From positions 18,538,001 through 18,602,000 of the forward strand of contig OX597829.1 in NCBI GenBank assembly GCA_951406725.2: a DNA stretch of 64,000 bases, given 5' to 3'. The translations under genes were made by a program, and so were the position numbers. The notes below the pieces were generated by a model. The model made no database searches. It saw nothing but the letters and a program-made list of their open reading frames with translations, and was not told the DNA's origin. Of the stretch, positions 12,774-26,147 are shown one piece after another (position 1 is the first letter of the stretch; each line of letters begins with the position of its first letter). The stretch comes from Octopus vulgaris (lineage: Eukaryota).

Positions 12774-14563
12774 TAATAACACGAGGCCTGAAATTTTGGG
12801 GGAGGGGGCCAATAGATTACACTGACCGTCCCCCCACCACCACCAATGCTTGGCTGGTAAATATTTCATCAATCCCAAAAGGATGAGATGCAAAGTCGGC
12901 CTCATCATCATCATCCAGTGTTTTATATCCAGGTTTTGGACTGGCTGGTGCCCATTCTCCTTTGCTATCATGAGGCTTTTTTGGAGCTGGATTTTCTACA
13001 GGCAGCATACCCTCAACCTCAGTTTCTAGACATGAGGGGTTCCATGATTTTCAAGAAATGTGGTGGAAAACTTGCTCAGGAAAGCAAGGACGCTACATCC
13101 CGAGCCCGCCTACTTCAGTGGAATTCAAAATCAGAATGCAAGAACAGATGAAATGCTGCTAATTATTTTGCTAATGATTTCTGCCAGTTTGATACCTTAA
13201 TAATAATACTAATGATAATAATAATTCTTTCATTGGCTCAAGGGCTTACATAAAAACAATATGAAATGACAAAACCCGAATGATACAAACGGTTTTAAAA
13301 CATATAATAATAATAATAAAGAGGATGATTTCAAATTTTTTGCCACAAGGGCAGCTTGGAGAAGGGAATTAAGTCGATTACATCGACCCCAGTGCATAAC
13401 TGGTACTTATTTAATTGATCTCAAAAAGATGAAAGGCAAAGTTGACCTCCACGAAATTTGAACTCAGAATGTAGTGACAGGCGAAATACCACTAAGCATT
13501 TTGCCCAATGCGCTAATGATTCTGCCAGCTCGTTGACTTAATAATAATAATAATAAAAATAATAATATACTTCAGCAACGGAAGCAGTATAAATGCAGAA
13601 AGGCATTCTTTATATCCTACTGAATGGGTATGTTTTATTAGAAGAATGAATACTATGGTGTTTCCCTTGAGAGACCCTCTCATATAAAACGTACGCAATG
13701 AAATAAATTTCAAAGTCAGTCAACACTATTCTTGTTAAAGAATTATAAATTTATACACACACACACACACACACATATATATATCGTGGCCATTGCCAGC
13801 CTCGCCTGGTCCCCGTGCCGGTGGCACGTAAAAAGCACCATCCATCCGTGGCCGTTTGCCAGCTCCGTCTGGCACCTCTGCGGGTGGCACGTAAAAAGCA
13901 CGGAGTGGTTGGCGTTAGGAAGGGCATCCAGCCGTAGAAACACTGCCAGATCAGACTGGGCCAATGCAACCTTCTGGCTTCACAAACCCCAGTTGAACCG
14001 TCCAACCCATGCTAGCATGGAAAGCGGACGCTAAATGATGATGATGATGATATATATATATATATATACATACATATAATATATATGTGTGTTTATTATA
14101 ATTTGGGTAAAAACCTTGTAACAAGCATTCAAGAACTCCTATGACATTATTTGGTTACAGTAGGATATTTTGCATGTAGAACTCCTCCATGCATAAGATT
14201 AACGCATGAATAATTTAACATGGCGATGGAGGATATCCGGCTTTAATAGAAAGATCACTGTATCTGTTTCTGCTCCACACACCAGTTTTAAGTTGGTGAG
14301 TATGTATTTATATCCCAAAATTTCAATACATAGTAATTATAAACAACGATCTTCTATAATGGTATATGAATATAAACTCACCAACTTAAAGCTGGTGTAC
14401 ACTGCAGAAACAAATGTTGTGATCTACTATTAAACCCTTGCATTTTCCATCCTCATGTTATATTATTCTTATCATCATCATCATCATCATCATTTAGCGT
14501 CCGTTTTCCATGCTAGCATGGGTTGGACGGTTCAACTGGGGTCTGGGGAGCCCGAAGGCTGCA

Positions 14564-14613
<50 letters not shown>

Positions 14614-15923
14614 ACATATAATAAACATACATACACACATAAATACATCCGCATGTTGTACATTATGTATATAGTCCAAATATTGATGTATGCCAAGTAA
14701 ATTAAAAAGGGGTGTACTCAATGGTTGTGATAGAGAACAAAGTCTATTTGGAATAAATAATGTATCCCGTGACTTGAGATTCACATGGCTACAATCTTTA
14801 GAATTAAGCTGAAAATTGGCACTGTGAAACTACACACACATATGCACGCATGCACACACATTTAGATATATAATGTGAAATTTTTCACGGAAAAGATAAC
14901 AGCATGCATGCCACCCGCCACCCAAAAACACACACACACACACACACATATACATACATACATACATACATACATACATACACACACGCACAGACACTAA
15001 TGTGAAATTAAACTATGATCAAGGTAAACCCACAGAGAGAGCTTCTACATGGATGGTCTTCTATTAGAAATAGCAGCCAAATCTCTCTGAAAAATCTTAA
15101 AGGACAACATTAAAAATTAATGTAACCTAGGACATGGCAATGCCTGGACAACAACAAAAAAACAATTAAAAATAATAATAAAAATGCGAATATGGTCATG
15201 ACAAGAATGTCTTTGATCATAGGTTTGCTCACGCAGAGACGACCTAGGGTTAAAAAACAACAACAACAACTGCAGACTACTACTATCTGAGATGTAGCAA
15301 GTAGTTGTTGGGAGTGGGGGAGGGGTCGAAGAGAGTAGTTCCACCTCACTCCCACCACCACCCAATCTCGCCTTATCCCCCCCCCCTCCCGGGTGCAGAT
15401 GTGAAAGAGCACACAGAATTTTCTGTTGCCCCTTTATATTCAGACAAGTAGGGCACTAAGTGTCATAGCCCCCTGTACCTTATCCCAACCAGTGAGAACT
15501 CTTTTATTAATCAATTCATTCATTCACTGGTTACTACCTCTACATCATTACTCCAATCGTTAATGGAGTCTCTATATGGTCATTCCACCCGTTAGAAATA
15601 GCAGCAAAGCAAAAATACCTTCACTGCATCATACACTACTGTCTCAGAAAAGAACAAGTTGGAAGATAATGGGATCCTCAACTTTTAATATATATATATT
15701 CTTTTTTTTTTAACGTTTCAGTCATTTGACTGCAGCCATGCTGGAGCACCGCCTTTTAGTTGAAGAAATCAACCACTGGACTTATTCTTTCTAAGTCTGC
15801 TACTTATTCTATCGGTTTCTTTTGGCAAACCGCTAGGTTACAGGGATGTAAACACACCAGCATCAGTTGTCAAGCAATAGTGGGGGACAAACACAAACAC
15901 ACACACACACACACACACATACA

Positions 15924-15956
<33 letters not shown>

Positions 15957-16110
15957 CAGTTCCTGTCAATCAAATCCACTCACAAGGCTTTGGTCAGCCC
16001 AAAGCTATAGTAGAAGACACTTGTCCAAGGTACCACACAGCGGGACTGAAATGAAACCCGAACCTTGTGGTTGGGAAGCAAGTTTCTTACCATACAGCCA
16101 CACCTGTATA

Positions 16111-16149
<39 letters not shown>

Positions 16150-16157
16150 GGAGTAAA

Positions 16158-16383
16158 CACATAAATGTGAAACAAGGTGGAAAAAAGAGTACTCAAATAC
16201 CAGTGGTAGAGTAATATGCTTTATTTTAAGCAGCAGAAAATTCAACAAAATCTGTTACTCTGAGTTTCTCGTTGCCGTTCATCAGACAGTTTTTGCTAGA
16301 ATTCTAGCAAAAACTGTCTGATGAACGGCAACGAGAAACTCAGAGTAACAGATTTTGTTGAATTTTCTGCTGCTTAAAATAAA

Positions 16384-16384
<1 letters not shown>
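16158..16384. mobile_element. Penelope-like terminal-repeat remnant in (TA)n; contains a perfect 166-bp palindrome (16219-16384). Diverged non-palindromic relative at ~42960-43100
   Basis: 83-bp arms centred on GAATTC (16299-16304) with no spacer; each arm holds a hammerhead core. Confidence 0.7.
16314..16351 (+). ncRNA. Minimal type I hammerhead ribozyme motif (mirror copy on minus strand at 16252-16289)
   Basis: CTGT-CTGATGA-aCG GCAA CGa-GAAA-CTC a GAG-TA^-ACAG: stem I CTGT/ACAG, intact core, GNRA-capped stem II with an A-A closing mismatch, short stem III, GUA cleavage triplet. Confidence 0.6.
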
Positions 16385-16427
<43 letters not shown>

Positions 16428-16816
16428 TCTATAAACAATATTTTATAAGCTTAAAGATTATAAGTGATCACAGCATACTGACTAAAGAAAATTGTCTAAT
16501 ATTAGGGCACATTAAGCCCTCGATGGAAAAAAAGTGGATTCTATATTTTATTTATTTATATTTTATGGATATAAGAATAAATAAATGATTAATTAATTAA
16601 TACACCAGTTTCCAGTGTTAGCTTTGTTTTATATTCTCTGGACCTATGTACATTATGTATTAAGACAAAAGTAATGGCTGGAAATACTATTTGTTCTTCA
16701 GTCCTCTTCTGAGACTCACTTTATATCTATATGGACTTATCTCCCAACTTTGATTATTATATATATATATATAGCAATAATAATTCTCTAAAAGAGATAT
16801 AGACAGTAACTGCTCG

Positions 16817-17074
16817 ATAACATAAGGGACTAAAGCCATCTGAATATGGCTAGGGACAGGGCAGGGTGGTGGGGGTGTTACTGTTGCATTTAGCCCCAGG
16901 CGAACATCGACGTCACCAGAAAGGCCCGACACCGTCACGGTTTAAGGACACCGTGACGGTGTCGGGCCTTTCTGGTGACGTCGATGTTCGCCTGGGGCTA
17001 AATGCAACAGTAACACCCCCACCACCCTGCCCTGTCCCTAGCCATATTCAGATGGCTTTAGTCCCTTATGTTAT
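16817..17074. repeat. Perfect inverted repeat, 125-bp arms, 8-nt loop
   Basis: 16817-16941 is the exact reverse complement of 16950-17074; loop ttaaggac; (TA)n tracts at ~16758 and ~17073. Confidence 0.95.
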
Positions 17075-19441
17075 ATATATATATATATATAGGAAGACAG
17101 GGTGTTCATAAATGGAATACAAATCTGCAACACCATCGCTACCTTCACTAGAGACAAAATTTCCAGTGGACAGATTTAAAAAGAAAATTAAAGCCAGCTT
17201 CTTAAGCCAGACAGTCTTGAGAAAATGCCAAAACTAATTACCGGAATAAAGATTTGCAAACACAAACACACACAGTCAGTCTCTCACACACACACACATA
17301 CACACATATACACACACACTCATGCACACACGGAGTGATCACATTTGTTCGTTTCAGTCAAGGATAACTAGTTTAAATATTAGGTAGAAAATAGCTGGTT
17401 GGGGATGGGGAGCGGGGGTTTCAAGGCATAGGTTTTGTCAACAGAAAGTTGGCTAGGAGAGGAAGAATTAGGAAAAACTGCAGTGGTAAGGTAGTAGGTT
17501 GTAGTGGAGATGGTGGTGATAGTGGTGGTGGTGCGATTTCTGCAAATGGCAAATGAGAGAGAGAGAGAAAATGAATAGTTGGTGTTTGCAGCAATGGTAT
17601 TTCAGATGACTGTTGAATTGGCACGATACAATTTCTAAGAATTAAAATGCATTCATAAATAATATCAACATGTGTATAAATGTATGTGCGTGTGTATGTG
17701 TATATATATATATATATATATATGTACAATATATATATGTACTACATATATATACACATGATGATGATGATGATGATACACATGTACAGAGTGATTCAGA
17801 TGACCCTTTAACATTTCAATGATATATAATTTTTTTTTAATATATTTTGTTATAATTATATTGCTAATTCATTTTTAATAATACTCTCTCGTTTTGCTAT
17901 TTTATTGTGGATGTCTTTTGGAATTTTCCTTTTTTTTTTTTTTTGCTTTATGCAGACATTCGGCAGCATCCATGCTGGGGCACCATTTTATAAGGGTTTT
18001 AGTCAAACAAATCAACTTAAGTAGATACTTTTTTCCTAGTACTTATAAGCCCTGGTGCTTATTGTAACAGTATCTATTGCGAAACTGCTATGTTAAGGGG
18101 ACTTAAACAAACCAACAGCCGTTGTCAAAGGATGACAAATGCACACACATACCCAACAGGCTTCTTTCAGTTTCCTTCTACCAAATCCACTTAGAAGACT
18201 TTGGGCAACCCAGGACAATAGCAGAAGGCATTTTCCCAAGGTGCCACACAATGTAACTGAACCCAAGATCACGTGATTAGGAAGAAAACTTCTTACCACA
18301 CAGCCATTCTTGCATATTATTTTTATATATTTATCTTAGAGAAAAAATGTCATTGGTGACACATAAAAGACACCCAGTACACTCTGTAAAGTTACTGACG
18401 TTAGGAAGGGCATCCAGCCATAGAAACCAAGCCAAAATGGATAATTGGAGCCTGGTGCAGCTCTCCAGCTTACTTGATGATGATGATGATGATGTTAGTA
18501 CCACCATACAAAGGAACTGGAGGATCTACCCCAAATTCACTAAATCTATGTTCTGGTGTGAAGAAAAAATATAATAGTATTCAAGCTGCAACCACTACCA
18601 CCAATATAACCAATGTTGTTATGTCTGCTTTTTTCATTCTTGCATGGGTTGGACAATAAGGAAGTATGGTAAGGCCAGTGCCGTTACTGATGCTAATTCA
18701 TACTTGTTTTCAAGTAAGGTATTTTATTCCACACCTTCACCAACTTGAACAAGGAACTGCTAGACATTTTTGTTACTACAATTCTGCTGTTTTTTCAGTT
18801 AATTTTTTAAAAATAATATGTGTGGTAAGTAGCTTGTTTACCAACCACATGGTTCCGGGTTCAGTCCCACTGCGTGGCATCTTGGGCAAGTGTCTTCTGC
18901 TATAGCCCCGGGCCGACCAATGCCTTGTGAGTGGATTTGGTAGACGGAAACTGAAAGAAGCCTGTCGTATATATGTATATATATATGTGTGTGTGTTTGT
19001 GTTTGTCCCCCTAGCATTGCTTGACAAACGATGCTGGTGTGTTTACGTCCCCGTCACTTAGCGGTTCGGCAAAAAGAGACCGATAGGATAAGTACTGGGC
19101 TTACAAAAAGAATAAGTCCCGGGGTCGATTTGCTCAACTAAAGGCGGTGCTCCAGCATGGCCGCAGTCAAATGACTGAAACAAGTAAAAGAGTAAAAGAA
19201 TAAGAGTATGTTTAGTAAAATAACTTTCTCGTTATTAAGCTGGTTTTTAGAACCTAAATTAATGTGAAGTTTTGAAGAGCAATCTTAATTTGGATCACTG
19301 TAAAACAGGAAACTTGTATCAAAGAATGCTCGGGGGCTGTCTCAGGCAAGCCCAGTATCAAAAGGATTAAGGTGAACACATAACAATATCATTGGTGCCT
19401 AAGCAGTCATCATCATCATCATCATCATTATTGTTCTTTAA

Positions 19442-20061
19442 CCCTTTAGCATTCAGATTACTCTGTCAAATGTGTGGAAGCACTCCGTCGGTTACGACGA
19501 TGAGGGTTCCGGTTGATCCGAATCAACGGAACAGCCTGCTCGTGAAATTAACGTGTAAGTGGCTGAGCACTCCACAGACACGTGTACCCTTAACGTAGTT
19601 CTCGGGGATATTCAGCGTGACACAGAGAGTGACAAGGCCGGCCCTTTGAAATACAGGTACAACAGAAACAGGAAGTAAGAGTGAGAGAAAGTTGTGGTGA
19701 AAGAGTACAGCAGGGATCACCACCATCCCCTGCTGGAGCCTCGTGGAGCTTTAGGTGTTTTCGCTCAATAAACACTCGCAACGCCCGGTCTGGGAATCGA
19801 AACCGCGATCCTATGACCGCGAGTCCGCTGCCCTAACCACTGGGCCATTGCACCTCCACCCTGTCAAATGTAATGCTTATTTATTCACATTGTTTTGAAT
19901 TAATCATGCATCTTCTCATAGCTTCAAGATTTTGATGATTGATTGCTTATTTTCAGAATGACATTGTAGGATAGGTGTGAGAGGCCAGGTCTGGCCACTT
20001 CTTCAAACATAAAACAGGTACAATATTTTGGCTGGATATGGCCAGTTTGAATGTTAATGGG
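19442..20061. mobile_element. piggyBac-type MITE (~220 bp) interrupted by a SINE. Other copies approx. 10081-10431, 28880-29310 (tandem), 33626-33840, 37324-37545, 46460-46655
   Basis: TTAA|CCCTTTAGCATTC … GAATGTTAATGGG|TTAA: TTAA target site and CCC…GGG ends. Confidence 0.75.
19474..19858 (-). mobile_element. SINE family C, long-tail variant (tRNA-Arg-like head); truncated copy at 8262-8567(-)
   Basis: Head tggaggtgcaatggcccagtggttagggcagcggactcgcggtcataggatcgcggtttcgattcccag with A and B boxes; target duplication ctgtcaaatgt on both sides inside the MITE. Confidence 0.85.
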
Positions 20062-20822
20062 TTAACACCCATTTTCCATGTTGATATAGGTTGGAATGGT
20101 TTGACAGGAATCGACAGGTCTAAGGACTGCATTGTACTCCAATGTCTTTGGCATGGTTTCAATGACTGAATGTCCTTCCTAATGCCAACCACTTTAAGGA
20201 GTGTACTGCTTTGCTTTCTATGTTGCAACAGCACTAATGACTTTAGTGCTCCACTGGTTATAACGATAGAGTTTGCAGTTGATCTGATCGACAGAACAGC
20301 TTGCTTGTGAAATTAACATGCAAGTGGCCGAGTATTCCACAGATATGTGTACCCTTTAACATAGTTCTCAGGGAGATTCAGCATGACACGAAATGTGACA
20401 AGGCTGGCCCCTTTGAATTACTGGTACAACTAATTTTTGGCAGCTGAGTGGACTGGAGAACGTGCTGCCAGGAATCGAACTCACGACCATATGACCATGA
20501 GCCAAATACCCTAACCACTGAGCTACGTACCACATGCCTACACTAGTGAAGTCACTGAGTAACTCATAAGATAAGATCGCTCAACAGAGGTAAGTATAGT
20601 ATAGAGGAAGATGGATTATGTGAAGTGATGAGATGTTGAAGTGTCACAGAGGCAGAGAAACAGGAGTTTTGCAATTGATGCAAGTCACATTGGAAACAAA
20701 CACATACACATTCACACATCCACAAACAGGTTTCAGTATAGTTCCCTTCTCTCAATTTCATTCACAAAATAAACAATCACATCATTGAAATCTCCAAGCT
20801 ATGAGATAGTGCATGATTAATC

Positions 20823-21768
20823 CAATACAATGTGAATAAATAAGCATCACATTTGACAGAATAATCTGAATGCTAAAGGGTTATCCATCAAATGGCTATG
20901 AGGGTCTACCTGTATAAAATAGAAATCAAAGAGATCCATAGGTTAAAAAAAAAAAAAAAAAGGACAGGAGTGGATGTGTGGTAAGTAGCTTGCTAACCAA
21001 CCATATGGTTCCGGGTTCAGTCCCACTGTGTGGCATCTTGGGCAAGTGTCTTCTGCTATAGCCTCAGGCCAACCAAAGCCTTGTGAGTGGATTTGGTAGA
21101 AGGAAACTGAAAGAAGCCCAACGTATATATGTATATATAAGTATATATGTGTATGTGTGTTTGTGTGTCTGTGTTTGTCCCTCTAGCATTGCTTGACAAC
21201 CGATGCTGGTATGTTTACGTCCCTGGCACTTAGCGGTTCGGCAAAAGAGACCGATAGACTAAGTACTGGGCTTACAAAGAATAAGTCCCGGGGTCGATTT
21301 GCTTGACTAAAGGCGGTGCTCCAGCATGGCCGCAGTCAAATGACTGAAACAAGTAAAAGAGTAAAGAGTATCTCAAAGCTATAATAGAAGATACTTGCAC
21401 AAAGTATCACATGGTACAATTAAATCAGAAGCCATGTGATTCTGAAGGGAACTTTTTAATTACTTTGCCATACCTGCCTTTTTTTTAAACTTTCCCCACT
21501 CTAGGTGTATTAGAAATTAGTTTATCCTGTCTATTTCATGGTTTTTAAAATAGTAGGTTAGTATTTGTAGCAAACATGGCTTCAGTTTTTTTGCAAGCTG
21601 AGTGGCCACATACAGCAGGTGTTGGCAATCCTTTTTTTTTTTTTTTAACCTATGGATCTCTTTGATTTCTATTTTATACAGGTAGACCCTCATAGCCATT
21701 TGATGGATAACCCTTTAGCATTCAGATTATTCTGTCAAATGTGATGCTTATTTATTCACATTGTATTG
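20823..21768. repeat. Inverted duplication: ~140-bp near-identical arms (20823-20964 / 21629-21768), ~660-bp spacer
   Basis: Each arm contains a MITE end plus unique atccatcaaatggctatgagggtctacctgtataaaatagaaatcaaagagatccataggtt(A)n. Confidence 0.9.
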
Positions 21769-24700
21769 AATTAATCATACATTATCTCGTAGCTTGGAGA
21801 TTTTGATGATGTGATCATTTATTTCTATAATCATCATCATCATCGTTTAACGTCCGCTTTCCATGCTAGCATGGGTTGGACAGTTCGACAGGGGTCTGGG
21901 AAGCCAGAAGGCTGCGCCAGGCTCCAGTCTGATCTGGCAGTGTTTCTACAGCTAGATGCCCTTCCTAATGCCAACCACTCCATGAGTGTAGTGGGTACTT
22001 TTTACGTGCCACCGGCACAGGGGCCAGAGGAGGCTGGCAAACGGCCATGATCGGTTGGTGCTTTTTATGTGTCACTGACACAGACGCCAGTCAGGTAGCA
22101 CTGGCATAGTAACAGTGGCATTAAATGGTCAATGTGAAAGGTAGAATCTGGTTGGTTTAAAAATAAAACAGGTGGAATATTTTAGCTGGATATGGACCGT
22201 TTAAATACTAAACAGTTAAAAAATCATATATTTTTATAATTAAATATTATTAGGAATTGTATTAAAAGAACTGTTAAAATATTTTGAGTATTTACATTAA
22301 GTTACATAAAATATTTTGAGTATTTACATTAAGTTACATAAATTCTTCAACAAAATCTTGCATGGCCTCCACAAGGGTCATACGGACCCTAGTTGAGAAC
22401 CACTGATATAAAATCTTTCTTGTAGGTCGTCAGCTAGGCAGAAACATGATATATAACTGAGGATAAAAATCATTAATTCATACCTCACTGTTTGACTGAC
22501 TACCTGCATGCTATAAGACTGCTTGGTTGGTCCACATCATTCCGTAAGGCACATAAGGCTGATTTCCTGTTTTCTCCAGTGTGTATATTCCTCCCTGGAT
22601 GGGACACTGGTCCATCGCAGGATTACTCATTTTCACCAGCTGAGTGGAATGGAGCAACGTGAAATGAAGTGTCTTGCTCAAGAACACAATCCCTGACACA
22701 GTCCAGAAACTGAAACCACAGTCATAGCTTCAACACCCTAACCACTAAGCCCACAATGTTTTAGCTGCTTGATCGGAGCTAATCCGTGATAACACAACAA
22801 AAGCATATCAAACACATTGTTAAAGTATGCATCCGCAGTATGGAAACCCAGTCAAGGAACTTTAGCTACTTCAGCAAAGAATTCTAGTCTCCTTACCAAA
22901 ATGCCTGGAAGTCTGGGTGTTTCATATGGAAAGGCAGGAGGTTTCATTATACCAATATTGTTACATGAATATCTACACAAGAGTGTTCATCTCTGAAGGC
23001 AGCTACTTGAATATCATCATCATCGTTTAACGTCCACTTTCCATGCTAGCATGGGTTGGACAATTTGACTGAGGTCTGGTGAACCAGATGGCTGCACTCT
23101 GATCTAGCAGAGTTTCTACAGCTTGATGCCCTTCCTAACACCAACCACTCCGAGAGTGTAGTGGGCGCTTTTACGTTCCACCGGCACGAGGGCCAGTCAG
23201 GCAGTACTGGCAACAGCCACGCTCAAATGGTGCTTTTTATGTACCACCTGCACAGAAGCCAGTCCAGCGGCACTGGCAATGACTTCGCTCGAATGTTTTT
23301 TCACATGCCACCCGCACAAGTGCCAGTAAGGCGACACAGGTAACGATTACACTCGAATGGTGCTTTTTACGTGCCAGTTTGTAGCTCTGGCTCGGATGGT
23401 ACTCTTAGCACCCCACTAGGACGGATGCCAGTCATTGATTTTGATTTCAATTTCACTTGCCTCAACAGGTCTTCACAAGCAGAGTTTAGTGTCCAATGAA
23501 GGAAAGGTACGCATAAGTGGGCTGGTTACACCCCTGGCATGGCTTACCAAAATGAAATTCTAACCATACTGAAAATTCATAAATTCTTTCATCTCCATTT
23601 TCACATCTATTTTAGATTTTTACCTTTGCTTATTATGTCAAATAAGCAAATACATACAAAATGGTTTTGTCATAGTTACAAGAATTTCAACTCCCTTTCT
23701 ATTCTCCAAGCTTTATCAGATTAGGATTTTACCATTCCTCATGTTTAGACTTTGCTTTTTTCTCTCCCCAGGTTTTATAATTACTCGACCTTTGTTTTTC
23801 CTTCTAATAGTTGCTTCCCAACCACATGGTTCTGGATTCAGTTCAACTGTATAGCACCCTGGGCATACAGTGGGACAACTGGACCAGCCAAAGCCTTGTG
23901 AGTGGATTCAGTAAGTGGAAACTGACAGAAGCTTGTGTGTGTGTGCATGCATTTGTGGTTTTATGTGTATGTGTCTGTGTTGTGTGAGTACGTCTGTATT
24001 CGACACCACTGCTTGATAACCAATGTTGGTTTGTTTACACCCACGTAATTTAGTAGTTTGGCAAAAGAGGCCGCTACAACAATTACCAGGCTTTAAAAAA
24101 TTAAGTATTGTGGGGTTGATTTCTTTGATTAAAACCCTTCAAGGCAGTGCCCCAGCATGGCTGCAGTCCAATGACTGAAACAGGTAAAAAGAAGAAAGAA
24201 ATGCCAATTAATTACTTATTACTTTCACCTATCTTACATTTCACTTATGCGATTCCTTAACATTCTTCTCTCTTTATCGGTCAATTAATTTATTCTCGTT
24301 AAAAGAATATCCATTTTGTTGTGGTTTGTAAAATGTCTGAAAAGTATGTAGACACCTTACATACACACACACATATACACACACAAATTATACACTGTAT
24401 ACATATACACATATTTCTGCATGTACAGATGCATAGATAGCTGAACGGATATTATGCAAAAAAATATGCAAATGGAGATAATTAACGATTCGAATATCTA
24501 TTTATACACAAACATACATGTACACAAGTTATGTACATATATATGTGTGTGTGTGTGTGTGTGTATATATATTTGTGTGTGTATGTGTGTGTATGTGTGT
24601 ATATGTGTGTGTGTGTGTGTATATATGTGTGTGAGTATCTATAGATCTATATCTATATATATATATATGTGTGTGTGTATATTTATAGATATATATATAT

Positions 24701-24855
24701 ATATATATAAACGTGTATTTTATGTTTGGTGAATTTATGAATGTTTTAGAAAAAGACAGATGAATAATGTCAATAGGTATATAGACAAGCAATTTAACAA
24801 TCTACCAAGGATTGAAGCAAGCTGACTAAGAAAAGAACAGAGAAATCTATGGGGG

Positions 24856-24903
<48 letters not shown>

Positions 24904-24961
24904 TAAAAGAGAATCCTTTTCTCCTTTCCTCCCTTGCTGCAGCAATAGAACATAGGCTATC

Positions 24962-24987
24962 TGATTGGTCACAAGCAGAACCAATCA
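24962..24987. promoter_or_regulatory. Inverted CCAAT-box pair (TGATTGGT-N10-ACCAATCA) in a TE-poor island
   Basis: Two NF-Y-type motifs on opposite strands; TGAGTCA (25095-25101) and AG|GTAAGT (~25108-25115) nearby. No transcript or ORF support. Confidence 0.25.
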
Positions 24988-25836
24988 AATTTGTGCATTG
25001 CTGAAGAAATAAATTTAAAAAACAAAACAAAAACAAAAACAAAAATGAAAGAAAGAAAAGAAAGGTAGAATGAAGCATTTAATAACCAAATCAATGAGTC
25101 ATTCTATAGGTAAGTGAAGGAGGAGGAGGAGGAGGAGGAGGGGGCACGAGAAGAGGAAGAGTAATGGGTAGCAGATGGAGGGAGGAGGGGGAGCAAATTT
25201 GAGCGACACTGATAAATAAGAGGCAAAAGAAATAAGCATGAATGCACACAGACACAGAGACATACTCATTATGTGCATACACTACACGAAATAACGGTCC
25301 AGTGTGTGTGGGGTGGGTGGGGGTGGGGGTAGAAAACGTGATGTAGTAAAGCAGCGAGAAAAGAGAAATTAAAGAAAAAGAAAAGGGAAGAAGAAGAGGG
25401 AGGAGAAGAAAAAAAAAAAAGAAGAAAATTTGGACAGAAGAACTGTTCCAAAATGAAAGAATTCTAAGACGGTGACTAATACGAAGCCAGCCGAGGACAG
25501 CAAGCCCTGCTTGTCTGCTGGTCAAAATGTCATGGACACCCATCCAATGGAAGGAAGAAGCAATAGGAATAGGAAAATATAATAATAATGATGATGATGA
25601 TGATGATGATAATCCTTTCTACTATGGGCACAAGGCCTGAAATTTGATGGGAGGTGGGGGGGGGGCCAGTCAATTAGATCGACCCCCCAGTATACAAACT
25701 GGTACTTAATTTACCAACCCCCAAAGGATGAAAGGCAAAGTTGACCGTGGCAGAATTTGAACTCGGAATGTAGCGACAGGCAAAATACTGCTAAACATTT
25801 CACCTGACATGCTAATGATTCTGCCAGCTCGCCACT

Positions 25837-25896
<60 letters not shown>

Positions 25897-26147
25897 GATA
25901 ATAATAATCATGGTTTCAAATTTTGGCATGGGGTTAGTAATTTTAAGGGGAGGGGAATAGTCAATTAAGATTGACACCCACCTCCCCAGTACTTCACTGG
26001 TACTTTTAACTCAAAAGGAAAGAAAGGCTAAGTTGACCCCCAGAAGAATTTGAACTTAGAATGTAATGAGTCGGAAGAAATGGCACTTGATATTTTGCCC
26101 GACTCTGTAACAACTGTGCCAGCTTGCCATCCTAATAATAATAATAA

